Below are positions 39,650-48,949 of a stretch of 64,000 nucleotides of DNA, one piece after another (position 1 is the first letter of the stretch; every line of letters begins with the position of its first letter). The notes beneath the pieces are model-generated. The model searched no databases. It worked only from the letters and a program-made list of their open reading frames with translations, and was not told the DNA's origin. The DNA lies in NCBI GenBank assembly GCA_964492735.1, contig CAZBLE010000002.1, forward strand, positions 135-64,134. Direction: 5' to 3'. The position numbers and the translations under genes are program-made. This DNA comes from an uncultured Gammaproteobacteria bacterium. Lineage in GTDB: Bacteria; Patescibacteriota; Patescibacteriia; UBA9570; XYC2-FULL-38-9.

Positions 39650-40682
39650 CGCTTTCAATAATGTGTTGCACGGTTTGTGCAAATGAGATCCCGATTGCGG
39701 CTGCGCCTTGCGGAACCAGGCTGGTTTGCGTCATGCCGGGAACGGTGTTGGTTTCTAAAATGACAATGTCGTTATTGCGCGTACTGTCGAGTAAAAAATC
39801 TGTGCGACTCACGCCGTTGCATTCAAATAATTGATGACACAGTAGTGCTTTTGCTTGAATTTCTTTTGTGAGCTCCGCAGAAATTGGAGCAGGAGTGATT
39901 TCTTCTGATGCGCCAGGGGTATATTTGGCTTTATAATCAAAAAATACACCATCCTTTGGCTTGATCAGTGTTGGGAGAAGCGGGGTTGGGGTACCATTCA
40001 CATCAAGAACGCCACACGATAATTCATCGCCGCTGACAAGTTCTTGAATCAGAATGCGGTCATCGTCTGCGCCCGCAAGCTCCAGGGCCTTCGCGAGGTC
40101 TTCTATTGTTTCAACGGGTGAAGTCCCAACACTTGAGCCGCCACTGGCTGGTTTCACAAAACATGGAAAACCAAAGCCGCTTTCAATCCGATTGGTGATT
40201 GTTTCGATGGTTTCGTTTTCAGTAAGCGGCCATTGAACGGTCATTGATTGTGGCGTGCGAATGCCATGCGCAGTGAGTACATCTTGAAAGCGTGGCTTAT
40301 CCATTGTAATCGCCGCAGCTTTTTGAGATGAACCGGTGTATGGAACGCCCACAAGATCAAAAAATCCTTGAAGCTGGCCATTTTCTCCTTCACCGCCGTG
40401 AATCAAAATGTAGGCGAGGTCAATAAGCTTCCATTTTTGTAATTCCAACAATCCTTCAAGCGCGGAATATTCAGTTACCGTGTCTTCAGCAAGCGGCCAA
40501 ATAGAGAGGTCGCCATTCCAGTTTTCTTTCGGGATTTGCCAACGCCCGTCTCGCGTTACAATGACTGGTGTGACGACATAGCGTTCATGATCAATGACAG
40601 CGAGCACATTTTTTGCGCTATTGATTGAGACATTGTGTTCACCAGATGTGCCGCCACAAAAAAGAGTAATGGATTGTTTCAT
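39636..40682 (-). CDS. ddl: D-alanine--D-alanine ligase
   Basis: N-terminus LFCGGTSGEHNVSINSAKNV; ATP-grasp region with FVKPASGGSSVG; C-terminal NGVSRTDFLLD...ILETNTVPGMT. Confidence 0.85.
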   Translation of the reverse strand: MKQSITLFCGGTSGEHNVSINSAKNVLAVIDHERYVVTPVIVTRDGRWQIPKENWNGDLSIWPLAEDTVTEYSALEGLLELQKWKLIDLAYILIHGGEGENGQLQGFFDLVGVPYTGSSQKAAAITMDKPRFQDVLTAHGIRTPQSMTVQWPLTENETIETITNRIESGFGFPCFVKPASGGSSVGTSPVETIEDLAKALELAGADDDRILIQELVSGDELSCGVLDVNGTPTPLLPTLIKPKDGVFFDYKAKYTPGASEEITPAPISAELTKEIQAKALLCHQLFECNGVSRTDFLLDSTRNNDIVILETNTVPGMTQTSLVPQGAAAIGISFAQTVQHIIESATKL

Positions 40683-40694
40683 AGAAAAAAAGGG

Positions 40695-42260
40695 TTATTG
40701 ATTTTTGAGAATGGTTTGAATTTTTTTCAGCTGCTCAGCTCGTTCATCATTTGGCAACTTGTCGATTTGCCCAACAAATGCGCGAGCTTCATCAGCGTCA
40801 ACACCATTTTTGTGCAAATAATCTGCGAACATTGTTTGTGCGGTCGCTTGATATGCGCCTGGGTTTCCTTCCAGTGTATCAAGCTCGTGACTTGCTGAAA
40901 GGAGTTGGTCAAACAAGCCCACGAGACGTGATGGTATGTTCAGTGGAAAGGTGGCTGTTGCGGCATCACGTGTGACGATTGAAAGCAAGGTGTTGTATTT
41001 CTCACGTGCAATCACAGATTTTTCCGCCTTCGTTTGAGCTCCCTCAAAGGCTGCTTTCATTGCGGTGAGCTTTTCGCGTTCAAGAATCGCTCGAGTTGTC
41101 GGCAAGAGGTCTGGTAACATTTCTTCGAATAATCGCAAGCTTTCTAAACGAGCAGCAGGCGTAAGCGGAACATCTTTGTCGTATTGTTGGGAGTGCCAAA
41201 TTGCTTCATCTGTTGGTGAAACAACGGTTAACGCCGTTTCAATATTCCCATCTCCAAATGTTGTGTCAACGCCGACGACAATCATTTCTTGGGGATTTTG
41301 TGAAAGATAAAATGCACCGCGTGTATGCTTTGCGTCAATAATGTTTGTTGCTGGAAGATATAAAAGACCATTGTCAGCGAGATGAAAGAGCTTGTCTGCG
41401 ATAGCATAGCTTGTGATGTTTACTCGTTCATTATCTCGGCAGACGCCAATTCCATCTACAACAAGTTTCTCAATTGTTTTGTTGAAATGCGCGCTTGTGA
41501 GCTTTTTGTCATATTCCGGAAAAATAGAAGCGAGACGTTTGTCATATGCAAGTTGCACAGCAGGGGCTTGGAGAACGTACATCCAATCTGCTGCTGTGAG
41601 CTGCTCAAGATCGTGTTCAGTTTCAACATCTTTGCCAAGTGAGCGCGCTGCATCAATCCAGTCTTCAATAAATAATTCAGTCACATGTTTGATATTGCCA
41701 ATGTCCATGTTGCCGTACACAGTCGTGAAATTTGGATAGTCACCTGCTTTCATGAACAATGGTTCATCTTCTGTTTTCAGTATAGGATTTGGCTTAAATG
41801 GCGCGTATTGCTTTTCAAAAATATGTCGATGCCAGGCAAATGTTTGATTGCCCATTTCTGGGGCGAGCTGCTGATCCCACTCTTCTCGACTATTCCAAGA
41901 AGTGATGCGGAGTGATTGATCGTAATTAAAAATAACACGAATATCGCCATTAGCTTCTTCGGTTGTTTCGATCCGCTCTAATGGTGTGAGGGTTGCTGAT
42001 TGTTCTGTTCCTGTGTCTTTTCGAAAAAGCTCGCTTGAGCAGGCAGCGGCGATGACAGTCGCGAGCGTAAAGATGCTACCAGCCCGCGGGTTTTCTCGAA
42101 GCATGCCGGTGAGACGATCTACTGCACTTCTGTGCGCAGGTTCTGCGTCAGCAAACCATGGGTCGTTTAAGTCGATAGACTCTGTGTCTGGTGCTTCAAC
42201 AGAAGGTTTTCGAAACGGGCGGGGGAATCGGTCAAATCGCATAGAATAAGAGCTCATCAA
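40695..42260 (-). CDS. Hypothetical 521-aa protein located upstream of ddl
   Basis: No TM segment and no recognised motif. Confidence 0.4.
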   Translation of the reverse strand: MMSSYSMRFDRFPRPFRKPSVEAPDTESIDLNDPWFADAEPAHRSAVDRLTGMLRENPRAGSIFTLATVIAAACSSELFRKDTGTEQSATLTPLERIETTEEANGDIRVIFNYDQSLRITSWNSREEWDQQLAPEMGNQTFAWHRHIFEKQYAPFKPNPILKTEDEPLFMKAGDYPNFTTVYGNMDIGNIKHVTELFIEDWIDAARSLGKDVETEHDLEQLTAADWMYVLQAPAVQLAYDKRLASIFPEYDKKLTSAHFNKTIEKLVVDGIGVCRDNERVNITSYAIADKLFHLADNGLLYLPATNIIDAKHTRGAFYLSQNPQEMIVVGVDTTFGDGNIETALTVVSPTDEAIWHSQQYDKDVPLTPAARLESLRLFEEMLPDLLPTTRAILEREKLTAMKAAFEGAQTKAEKSVIAREKYNTLLSIVTRDAATATFPLNIPSRLVGLFDQLLSASHELDTLEGNPGAYQATAQTMFADYLHKNGVDADEARAFVGQIDKLPNDERAEQLKKIQTILKNQ

Positions 42261-42346
42261 ATTATACTTATGAGTATAGCAATTTTCAGGCGTATTGACA
42301 AAAAATCGTTAATTTGATATGTTATAAACATATATTAACGATTTTT

Positions 42347-43228
42347 ATGGCGACAAAGCTGCAATATCAAAAACGAATTCAAGATTTGGAAGCACAATAC
42401 AACGCCTTAAAAATAGGGAAAGGGTCATTGTTGCAGCTGATTGATGAAGCGGAGTTGCCAGAAGGTGTTTATAATTCGAATGCAATTGAGAATTCAACAT
42501 TAACGCTGAAAGAAACAGAAAAGATTTTATTAGAAATGGAGCTATCTCGTAATGCGCCGTTGCGAGAAGTGTTTGAGGCCAAGAACTTAGCGCGTGTCAG
42601 TGATTTTGTTCGTTTGAAAGCGCAAGATGCGGAATTGTCTGCTGATTTGATAGTGTTATTACATCAGATGCTGTTGACGAATATTGACGATGATATTGCC
42701 GGGCGGTTTCGAGCAACGGGTGAGTATGTTCGTATCGGTACGCATATCGCTCCAGCTCCTGAGCAGATACATCAATTACTAGAGGCTGTATTTACGCAGT
42801 ATCAATTGGATAAAGAATCATTTTTTCTTGATAAGATTGCACGGTTTCATCTTGAATTTGAACGGATTCACCCATTTAATGATGGGAATGGTCGCATTGG
42901 TCGAATGCTTATGAATTACCAATTGCAGCGAATGGGTTTGCCGACGATCATGATTCGAGATAAAGAAAAGCAATTATATTATCAAGGTTTTCATGAATAC
43001 GAATCGACGATGAGCAATACAGCCAAGATGGAGCGGGTATTGTTTTTGGCTCTTTCTGAATCGTTGCATAAACGATTGGCATACTTGCGAGGCGATCGGA
43101 TTGATAGTTTGTCTGCATTCGCAAAAGCTGAAGGGTTATCATTGCATACATTGATTAATGCTGCGCGGAGACAAACGCTGCCAGCATTTCGAGAGCGTGG
43201 TGTATGGAAGATTGGCTTCTCGTCATGA
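42347..43228 (+). CDS. fic: Fic-family protein (AMPylase-type) with an N-terminal inhibitory motif
   Basis: Fic core HPFNDGNGRIGRMLMNYQL (HPFx[D/E]GNGR). The upstream SNAIEN matches the (S/T)xxxE(G/N) auto-inhibition helix of class II Fic proteins. Confidence 0.8.
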   Translation: MATKLQYQKRIQDLEAQYNALKIGKGSLLQLIDEAELPEGVYNSNAIENSTLTLKETEKILLEMELSRNAPLREVFEAKNLARVSDFVRLKAQDAELSADLIVLLHQMLLTNIDDDIAGRFRATGEYVRIGTHIAPAPEQIHQLLEAVFTQYQLDKESFFLDKIARFHLEFERIHPFNDGNGRIGRMLMNYQLQRMGLPTIMIRDKEKQLYYQGFHEYESTMSNTAKMERVLFLALSESLHKRLAYLRGDRIDSLSAFAKAEGLSLHTLINAARRQTLPAFRERGVWKIGFSS

Positions 43229-43253
43229 TTGTGCTTTTTTCTGTAAAGGTAGC

Positions 43254-43282
43254 TTGACATCGTGCGGTACTTTTTTTATAGT
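43254..43282 (+). promoter_or_regulatory. sigma70-like promoter TTGACA-17-TATAGT immediately upstream of the XRE regulator (near-leaderless)
   Basis: TTGACAtcgtgcggtacttttttTATAGT, with the ATG 9 nt downstream. Confidence 0.45.
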
Positions 43283-43290
43283 ATTTCGGT

Positions 43291-43506
43291 ATGCCAAAGT
43301 TATTCCAAGAAGCATTGCAAACAACGGTTGGCGAAAAACGTCGCGCAGCAGATTTGTCACAACAACAGTTGGCAGAAATGGTGCATGTCTCACGACAAAC
43401 GATTATCGCAATTGAAAAAGGCAACTACTCACCGACAGTTATCCTGGCTTTAAAAATTGCTCGTGTGCTTGGCGCGCGAGTAGAAGATCTCTTTTTTTAT
43501 GAATAA
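43291..43506 (+). CDS. XRE-family helix-turn-helix transcriptional regulator (71 aa)
   Basis: LSQQQLAEMVHVSRQTIIAIEKGNYSPTVILALKIARVLGARVEDL is a canonical XRE HTH. Confidence 0.8.
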   Translation: MPKLFQEALQTTVGEKRRAADLSQQQLAEMVHVSRQTIIAIEKGNYSPTVILALKIARVLGARVEDLFFYE

Positions 43507-43873
43507 TTACATCCCTCGTTTTCTATTCGATAGTACAGTGTTTACTAGCTTCATTATCGCATTGATTTTTTTAGTGAATCCATTTGGGCTATGGATGCCA
43601 ACAATGATGCATATGCTGGTGCTCGGTATTTTTATTGCAAGCCTCCTATTTTTTATCGCTCTTTTCTGGAAGGAACGAGTTGTTGATGAGCGTGAAGCAG
43701 CGCATAGTTTGTTCGCCGGGAGAGTTGCATTTATTTCAGGCATATTAACGGCAGCCGTGGCAATTGTCGTTCAAAGTATTCGTCATGAAATTGATGTGTG
43801 GCTGGCTATCGTGCTTTGCGTTATGGTTATTTCAAAGTATTGCGCGCGTTTATACGCAGAGTATAAAAAATAG
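43499..43873 (+). CDS. Small membrane protein co-transcribed with the XRE regulator (start overlaps its stop)
   Basis: Three to four predicted TM helices. The XRE plus small membrane protein pairing is a recurring two-gene arrangement. Function unknown. Confidence 0.5.
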   Translation: MNNYIPRFLFDSTVFTSFIIALIFLVNPFGLWMPTMMHMLVLGIFIASLLFFIALFWKERVVDEREAAHSLFAGRVAFISGILTAAVAIVVQSIRHEIDVWLAIVLCVMVISKYCARLYAEYKK

Positions 43874-43941
43874 TGTCAAGTTAACTTGACTTACTTTTTG
43901 CCGCACGGTATTCTTATGAAAGAATTATTATATCTTTTTCT

Positions 43942-44418
43942 ATGAATACAAAAACAACTCTTTCAATCATCAGTATCGCTATCGCTATTGTTATTGCATT
44001 ATTTGGAGCCGCAGCCTATGAGATGATGAAAGGCGCAGACGAGGTGATGGAGAATACAAATTCGGAATCAATGATGAATTCGAAGACTGACACAATGATG
44101 AAAAAAGAAGGTGCGTATGTTGCCTATGATTCTTCTGCGATTGCTGCGGCAGCAACAACTGGTCAGGCTGTCTTGTTTTTTCATGCACCGTGGTGTCCAA
44201 CATGTTCTGCTCTAAACAAAGACATTGAAGGCAGTCTTTCAGATATTCCAGCAGGGCTGACAATTTTCAAGACAGATTATGATTCCAATACAGAGCTGAA
44301 AAAGAAATATGGTGTGACATACCAACACACTTTAGTGCAAGTCGACAAAAATGGCGCGATGATTAAAAAATGGTCAGGTGGAAATACACTGGAATCCGTT
44401 GTCTCACAAGTTCAATAA
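43942..44418 (+). CDS. Membrane-anchored thioredoxin-like protein (atypical WCPTC active site)
   Basis: N-terminal TM, then FFHAPWCPTCSALNKD in a thioredoxin-fold context. Confidence 0.6.
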   Translation: MNTKTTLSIISIAIAIVIALFGAAAYEMMKGADEVMENTNSESMMNSKTDTMMKKEGAYVAYDSSAIAAAATTGQAVLFFHAPWCPTCSALNKDIEGSLSDIPAGLTIFKTDYDSNTELKKKYGVTYQHTLVQVDKNGAMIKKWSGGNTLESVVSQVQ

Positions 44419-44435
44419 TTTAGCCGTATATTTCT

Positions 44436-46193
44436 ATGAGCCTTCTGCTATTATCGTTTCTTGGCGGCATTCTTACAATTCTCAGCCCATGTGTGTTGCC
44501 GTTGTTGCCAGTGATTGTTGGTGGTTCGCTCGCGCAGGCGAATCGTATGCGACCAGTGATTATCACGCTGTCGTTAACAACTTCGTTAGTCTTGTTCACG
44601 TTGTTGCTTAAATTCAGCACAGCCTTTATTGATATTCCGCCGCGTACATGGTCCATTATTTCTGGGTCACTGGTTATCGGACTTGGTATCATCACACTAT
44701 TTCCGCAATTATGGGAGAAATTTTCTGTCGCACTGCGTTTATCGGATAGATCAAATGCAGTGCTGCTCCAGTCAGCAAAAAAACAAACCTGGCTTGGGCC
44801 GGTATTGATTGGATTTTCTCTTGGCCCAGTGTTTTCAAGTTGTAGTCCGACATATGCATTAATTTTAGCAACGGTTTTACCGCAAAGTTTTTTAGTTGGC
44901 TTGGTGAATTTAGCAGCATACGCAGCAGGACTCGCAACAGTGCTGTTATTGATTGCGATATTTGGTCAGCGGTTGGTGCAAAAATTGAAATGGGCAGCAG
45001 ATCCAGAAGGGTGGTTTAAAAAAATACTTGCAGTACTGTTTATTGTTGTTGGGATTGCAATTGTATCGGGAGTTGATAAGGATATTGAAACGCGTTTGGT
45101 TGAAAAAGGCTTTGGCGTTACTGGTATTGAATCTCAATTTGTGCAAAATATTTCACTAGACATGGATGATGCGTCGGGGTATACAAATGCTTCTGAAGTA
45201 GTTCATAAAAAATCGTCGGTTACAATGAATGTGAAATCTCCAAAGCCAGCTCCAGAACTTGCTGGTTTGCAAGAGTGGATGAATAGTAATCCATTAACCC
45301 TAGAACAGCTGAAAGGGAAAGTTGTGCTCGTTGATTTTTGGACATACAGCTGTATCAATTGTATTCGTACATTGCCGGTGTTAAATCAATGGAATGAAAC
45401 CTATGCAAAAGACGGGCTGGTGATCATCGGTGTGCATGCGCCAGAGTTTGCTTTTGAAAAAGAACCAGCGAATGTGAAAGCAGCCATTGAGAAGTATGCG
45501 ATCAAATACCCAGTTGCGCTTGATAATAAGTTTGAGACTTGGCGAGCGTATAATAATCGCTATTGGCCCGCAAAATATTTTATAGATAAAACCGGTGAAT
45601 TGCGCCACACCCATTTTGGAGAAGGGGATTACGAAGAGAGCGAAAAGATTATCCAAGCGTTGCTTGCGGAAGATGGCGGCAGTGTTTCAACTGCAGGGAT
45701 TTCAACTACTGCAATGGAAAATGATCAAAAGCAAGTTGCAAGTCGCAGTCAAACACCGGAAACATATCTTGGTTCTGCGCGATTTGATGATTTTGCAAAT
45801 ACAGATCAATTTACAGATGGTGTTATTGTGCCGTATTCAACACAAAAAATTTCGCAAAATGAATGGACGCTGGGAGGCGATTGGCTAGTTGATGCAGAAA
45901 GTGCAACGGCAAAATCAGATGATGCAACACTGCAACTACGATTTGCTGCAAAGAAGGTTTATGTTGTTGCGCGTGCGGATACCGCTGAACCAAAAATAAT
46001 GAAGGTGTTATTGAATGGTCAGCCGATTTCCGCAGCAGACGCTGGAGCTGATGTTGTTAATGGTGTTGTCACGGTGGATAGTGATCGATTATATGAGATT
46101 ACTAATTTTAGTACGTTTCATTCAGGAGATGTGTTAGAGTTGCAGTCAGAGAGTGATATTTCACTTCATGCATTTACCTTCGGGAATGAATAG
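44436..46193 (+). CDS. Fusion of a CcdA/DsbD-type transmembrane thiol-disulfide transporter with a TlpA/ResA-like periplasmic thioredoxin domain, plus an extra C-terminal domain
   Basis: TM domain with ILSPCVLPLLPVIVGG and a second Cys-containing helix. Redoxin domain VVLVDFWTYSCINCIRTLPVLNQW with a CxxC. ~200 further residues of unknown fold. Confidence 0.7.
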   Translation: MSLLLLSFLGGILTILSPCVLPLLPVIVGGSLAQANRMRPVIITLSLTTSLVLFTLLLKFSTAFIDIPPRTWSIISGSLVIGLGIITLFPQLWEKFSVALRLSDRSNAVLLQSAKKQTWLGPVLIGFSLGPVFSSCSPTYALILATVLPQSFLVGLVNLAAYAAGLATVLLLIAIFGQRLVQKLKWAADPEGWFKKILAVLFIVVGIAIVSGVDKDIETRLVEKGFGVTGIESQFVQNISLDMDDASGYTNASEVVHKKSSVTMNVKSPKPAPELAGLQEWMNSNPLTLEQLKGKVVLVDFWTYSCINCIRTLPVLNQWNETYAKDGLVIIGVHAPEFAFEKEPANVKAAIEKYAIKYPVALDNKFETWRAYNNRYWPAKYFIDKTGELRHTHFGEGDYEESEKIIQALLAEDGGSVSTAGISTTAMENDQKQVASRSQTPETYLGSARFDDFANTDQFTDGVIVPYSTQKISQNEWTLGGDWLVDAESATAKSDDATLQLRFAAKKVYVVARADTAEPKIMKVLLNGQPISAADAGADVVNGVVTVDSDRLYEITNFSTFHSGDVLELQSESDISLHAFTFGNE

Positions 46194-46209
46194 TTTTAAG
46201 TTATAGATA

Positions 46210-46866
46210 TTGTTAAAAATGTTACATCACCGACCAAACGACATTATTAGTGGCTTATTGCATCTCATTGGTTTTGGGTTATCGGTCGCAGCGCTCGTTG
46301 TTCTTGTTGTGTATGCGCAAACCGGCGCGCAAGTGGCGACTGTGACGATTTTTGGGAGTGGGTTGCTCTTATTGTATTTCGCAAGTAGCGCCTATCATTT
46401 ATTTCCACCGCATCGAGCACGCACAAAAGCCATCTTGCGCATTTTTGATCACTTGATGATTTATGTGTTAATCGCCGCGACCTACACGCCTATTTGCATT
46501 GTGGTGATTGGAGGCGGCTGGGGTTGGACGTTGTTTAGTATTGGCTGGGGACTGGCAGTGTTTGGTATTATTTTGACGGCGATTCCGAAGCTCCGTCCGC
46601 CGGTCTGGTTTAGTGTTATGCATTATCTTGCAATGGGCTGGTTGGTGGTTTTCGCACTGCCGGTTGTGATGCAAGTGATTCCCACGGCGTTATTTTTCTG
46701 GCTCGTGCTTGGCGGTGTGTGTTACACGGTTGGGGCAGTTTGTTTCGCGTTCAGCTTTTTTTGGAAACCACGCTGGTTTGGCTGGCATGAAGTATTTCAT
46801 CTGCTCGTTATCGCCGGCAGTTTTTGCCATTTCTGGTTTTTGCTTTCGTATTTGCGTGTGGCGTGA
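46210..46866 (+). CDS. Hemolysin III-family (PAQR/YqfA-like) membrane protein
   Basis: Seven TM helices with SSAYHLFPP...IFDHLMIYVLIAATYTP...HEVFHLLV motifs. Confidence 0.75.
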   Translation: MLKMLHHRPNDIISGLLHLIGFGLSVAALVVLVVYAQTGAQVATVTIFGSGLLLLYFASSAYHLFPPHRARTKAILRIFDHLMIYVLIAATYTPICIVVIGGGWGWTLFSIGWGLAVFGIILTAIPKLRPPVWFSVMHYLAMGWLVVFALPVVMQVIPTALFFWLVLGGVCYTVGAVCFAFSFFWKPRWFGWHEVFHLLVIAGSFCHFWFLLSYLRVA

Positions 46867-46887
46867 TCTATGTAAAATAGTTGAATA

Positions 46888-46915
46888 AAAAAAGATGCGG
46901 AGTGGTCAGGTCCGC
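46888..46915 (-). terminator. Putative rho-independent terminator downstream of the 46938-47423 gene
   Basis: The minus strand reads GCGGAcctgaccacTCCGCatcttttttt. Confidence 0.4.
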
Positions 46916-46937
46916 GATGCTTTACGACATGTGCTGC

Positions 46938-47423
46938 TCAGTTGCTGCTGTAGTTTGGCCCTGCGCCGTAGAGCGTTTTGCCGTTCCGTGTAATCATTAT
47001 GACCTTCTCTTCAGCGATTAACGCTTCCAAGATTTTATCAAAGGGAACTCTTTGTTCACACCGCCCTTTAAGGGCTTGGTAGCTCAGGAGTACGCTTCCT
47101 TGAAGGGACTGCAGAATACGTGCCCGAACTCGGGGATACGTTTTTACGTCAGGGGCATCGACTTCATCTTCCCATGCATGGGTGATGACAGCGCTCACGC
47201 TTATGTCTCTCGGGATCACTGTCTTGTATTGTAAGACAACCCCTCGGCCATTACCGGTGCGCTCGACGCCATCTCTGTCGAGCAAGGCATTCCAAAGCTT
47301 TTGTTGGAGGTGTTCGCTTTGAATACTTAGCAGGGACATAAGGTCTGCCTTCTTTATCCCTGTTGGAACGCTCTCAAGAAGTTGAACAGCCTGGGCGACA
47401 AGATCATTACTGATGATCATCAT
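46938..47423 (-). CDS. Hypothetical 161-aa protein with moderately elevated GC content
   Basis: GGAG-like Shine-Dalgarno before the ATGATG start. No family recognised. Confidence 0.4.
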   Translation of the reverse strand: MMIISNDLVAQAVQLLESVPTGIKKADLMSLLSIQSEHLQQKLWNALLDRDGVERTGNGRGVVLQYKTVIPRDISVSAVITHAWEDEVDAPDVKTYPRVRARILQSLQGSVLLSYQALKGRCEQRVPFDKILEALIAEEKVIMITRNGKTLYGAGPNYSSN

Positions 47424-47502
47424 AATACTCCATGTGTTTTGAGTATTTTATAACACTACGGACTTTTTCAGCTATGGTCAACCCAGAGTATTTTTGTGCT
47501 TG

Positions 47503-47907
47503 CTAGTTAAACGTCACAGAAAAATTATACATGCCCATGGCACAGAGCGCATTGATTTTCGCGCCAGGTTCTTGCGGAGGAATTTCAATGGTCGTTTCAC
47601 CAGATGGTGGCAGCGTGGCTTCATAATCTAAATCCGGAATCCGTAACGCTGATGAACAATCATAGGTTCCATTGGTTTCGACTTTCAGCAGCGTTGGAAT
47701 TCCAGCTTTGGCTTCAGTTTTTAGTGGCGCATATCCACCCTTTGCGCTGATGTCGATGATTTGTTTGCCGTCGACTATCGCCACATTTGATTCTGCCGCA
47801 GTTGTATTTGAATTTGCGTTTTGGTTTTGAGATGTGTTGAATAACAACAGCATGCCGCCAACCGCGAAGATGATGACGAGAATTGCGGAAATAAAATATA
47901 TTTTCAT
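47503..47907 (-). CDS. Membrane-anchored cupredoxin-fold-like protein lacking His (possible Cys/Met Cu(I) site)
   Basis: N-terminal TM, then a beta-rich domain with the spacing EIxAKGGYAP...DCSS...IPDL...CAMGMY, reminiscent of the Cupredoxin_1 family. The protein contains no His at all. Confidence 0.4.
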   Translation of the reverse strand: MKIYFISAILVIIFAVGGMLLLFNTSQNQNANSNTTAAESNVAIVDGKQIIDISAKGGYAPLKTEAKAGIPTLLKVETNGTYDCSSALRIPDLDYEATLPPSGETTIEIPPQEPGAKINALCAMGMYNFSVTFN

Positions 47908-47916
47908 AGATCTATA

Positions 47917-48942
47917 TTAGAATGTAAAGAGCGGTGGAATTAAGCCAATTCCAACAAAGCTGTTGAGAATAGTGAAGACTGCAAACAAAATAACGATAAG
48001 TCCGGCGCTCTTGAAAAAGATTCCAGCCTTGGAATTATTTTGAATACTCAGTGAACTGAAACTGACAAGCGCGAGCACTGGAAATGTACCAAGTGCAAAC
48101 GCGAGCATCGTGAGGCCACCTTCGAGAAAATTTCCCGTTTGCAAAGTCGCAATTTGCATTGATTGGGTGAAGCCGCACGGCAAGAAAAAGGTTGCAATGC
48201 CGACGAGTGCTGGAGTGAACGTGTGATTGAGTTTTGAAACATTGAGCGCATGTTTTGAAAGCCATTTTGGCATGGCTGGCTGCAACCGTTTGGTGAATTC
48301 AAAAACATCCAATAAATTAATTCCAAGAATCAGCATAACAAGACTGACAATGATGCCAAGCACGAATGTTCCAGTTGAGCCAAATTGAAAGACAGCTCCA
48401 ACTGTGCCAATCAGACCGCCGAGCAGAAAAAAGGATACAATCCGACCGATGTGAAATAACAGTTGCGGCCGAATTTTCCCGCCGTCTTTTGCAAACGTCG
48501 CGGACATCGATAGCAGCAAGCCACCAACCACTGCCATACAGGTTGAAACTGATGCAATCAGGCCAATCACAAAGGCTGTGTCATATGTCAGGCTTCCTGT
48601 ATTCACCAGATTTACAATCCCGAGTTTCTGCAACAGAATAAACAGAAAGCCAAAACCAAATGCAATTGGCAAGGCAATAGCAAATTCCTTCCAGTCCACG
48701 GATTTTTTTTGTTTGTGAATCGCGAGGGAATAGCCGTGTTCTGAAATGAGTGGAGTTAATTCAGTGGCGATTTGTTCCAGCGTCATCTCACCAAAATCGC
48801 CAGTGATTTCGACGGTGTGATTCGCAAGATTTGATTTAGCTGCAGTGATTCGCGGATCTTCCGCAAGTTCGTTTTCTGTTAGCACAACACAAGCCGAGCA
48901 GGTCATGCCGTGAACGTGAAGGGTGAAGGTTTTTTGTGACAT
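47917..48942 (-). CDS. Heavy-metal-associated (HMA) domain fused to a DsbD_2/CcdA-like membrane domain
   Basis: N-terminal GMTCSACV metal-binding motif; membrane domain with conserved Cys-containing helices (SVSTCMAVVGG, FFLPCGFTQSM). Confidence 0.65.
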   Translation of the reverse strand: MSQKTFTLHVHGMTCSACVVLTENELAEDPRITAAKSNLANHTVEITGDFGEMTLEQIATELTPLISEHGYSLAIHKQKKSVDWKEFAIALPIAFGFGFLFILLQKLGIVNLVNTGSLTYDTAFVIGLIASVSTCMAVVGGLLLSMSATFAKDGGKIRPQLLFHIGRIVSFFLLGGLIGTVGAVFQFGSTGTFVLGIIVSLVMLILGINLLDVFEFTKRLQPAMPKWLSKHALNVSKLNHTFTPALVGIATFFLPCGFTQSMQIATLQTGNFLEGGLTMLAFALGTFPVLALVSFSSLSIQNNSKAGIFFKSAGLIVILFAVFTILNSFVGIGLIPPLFTF

Positions 48943-48949
48943 ATGTGAA

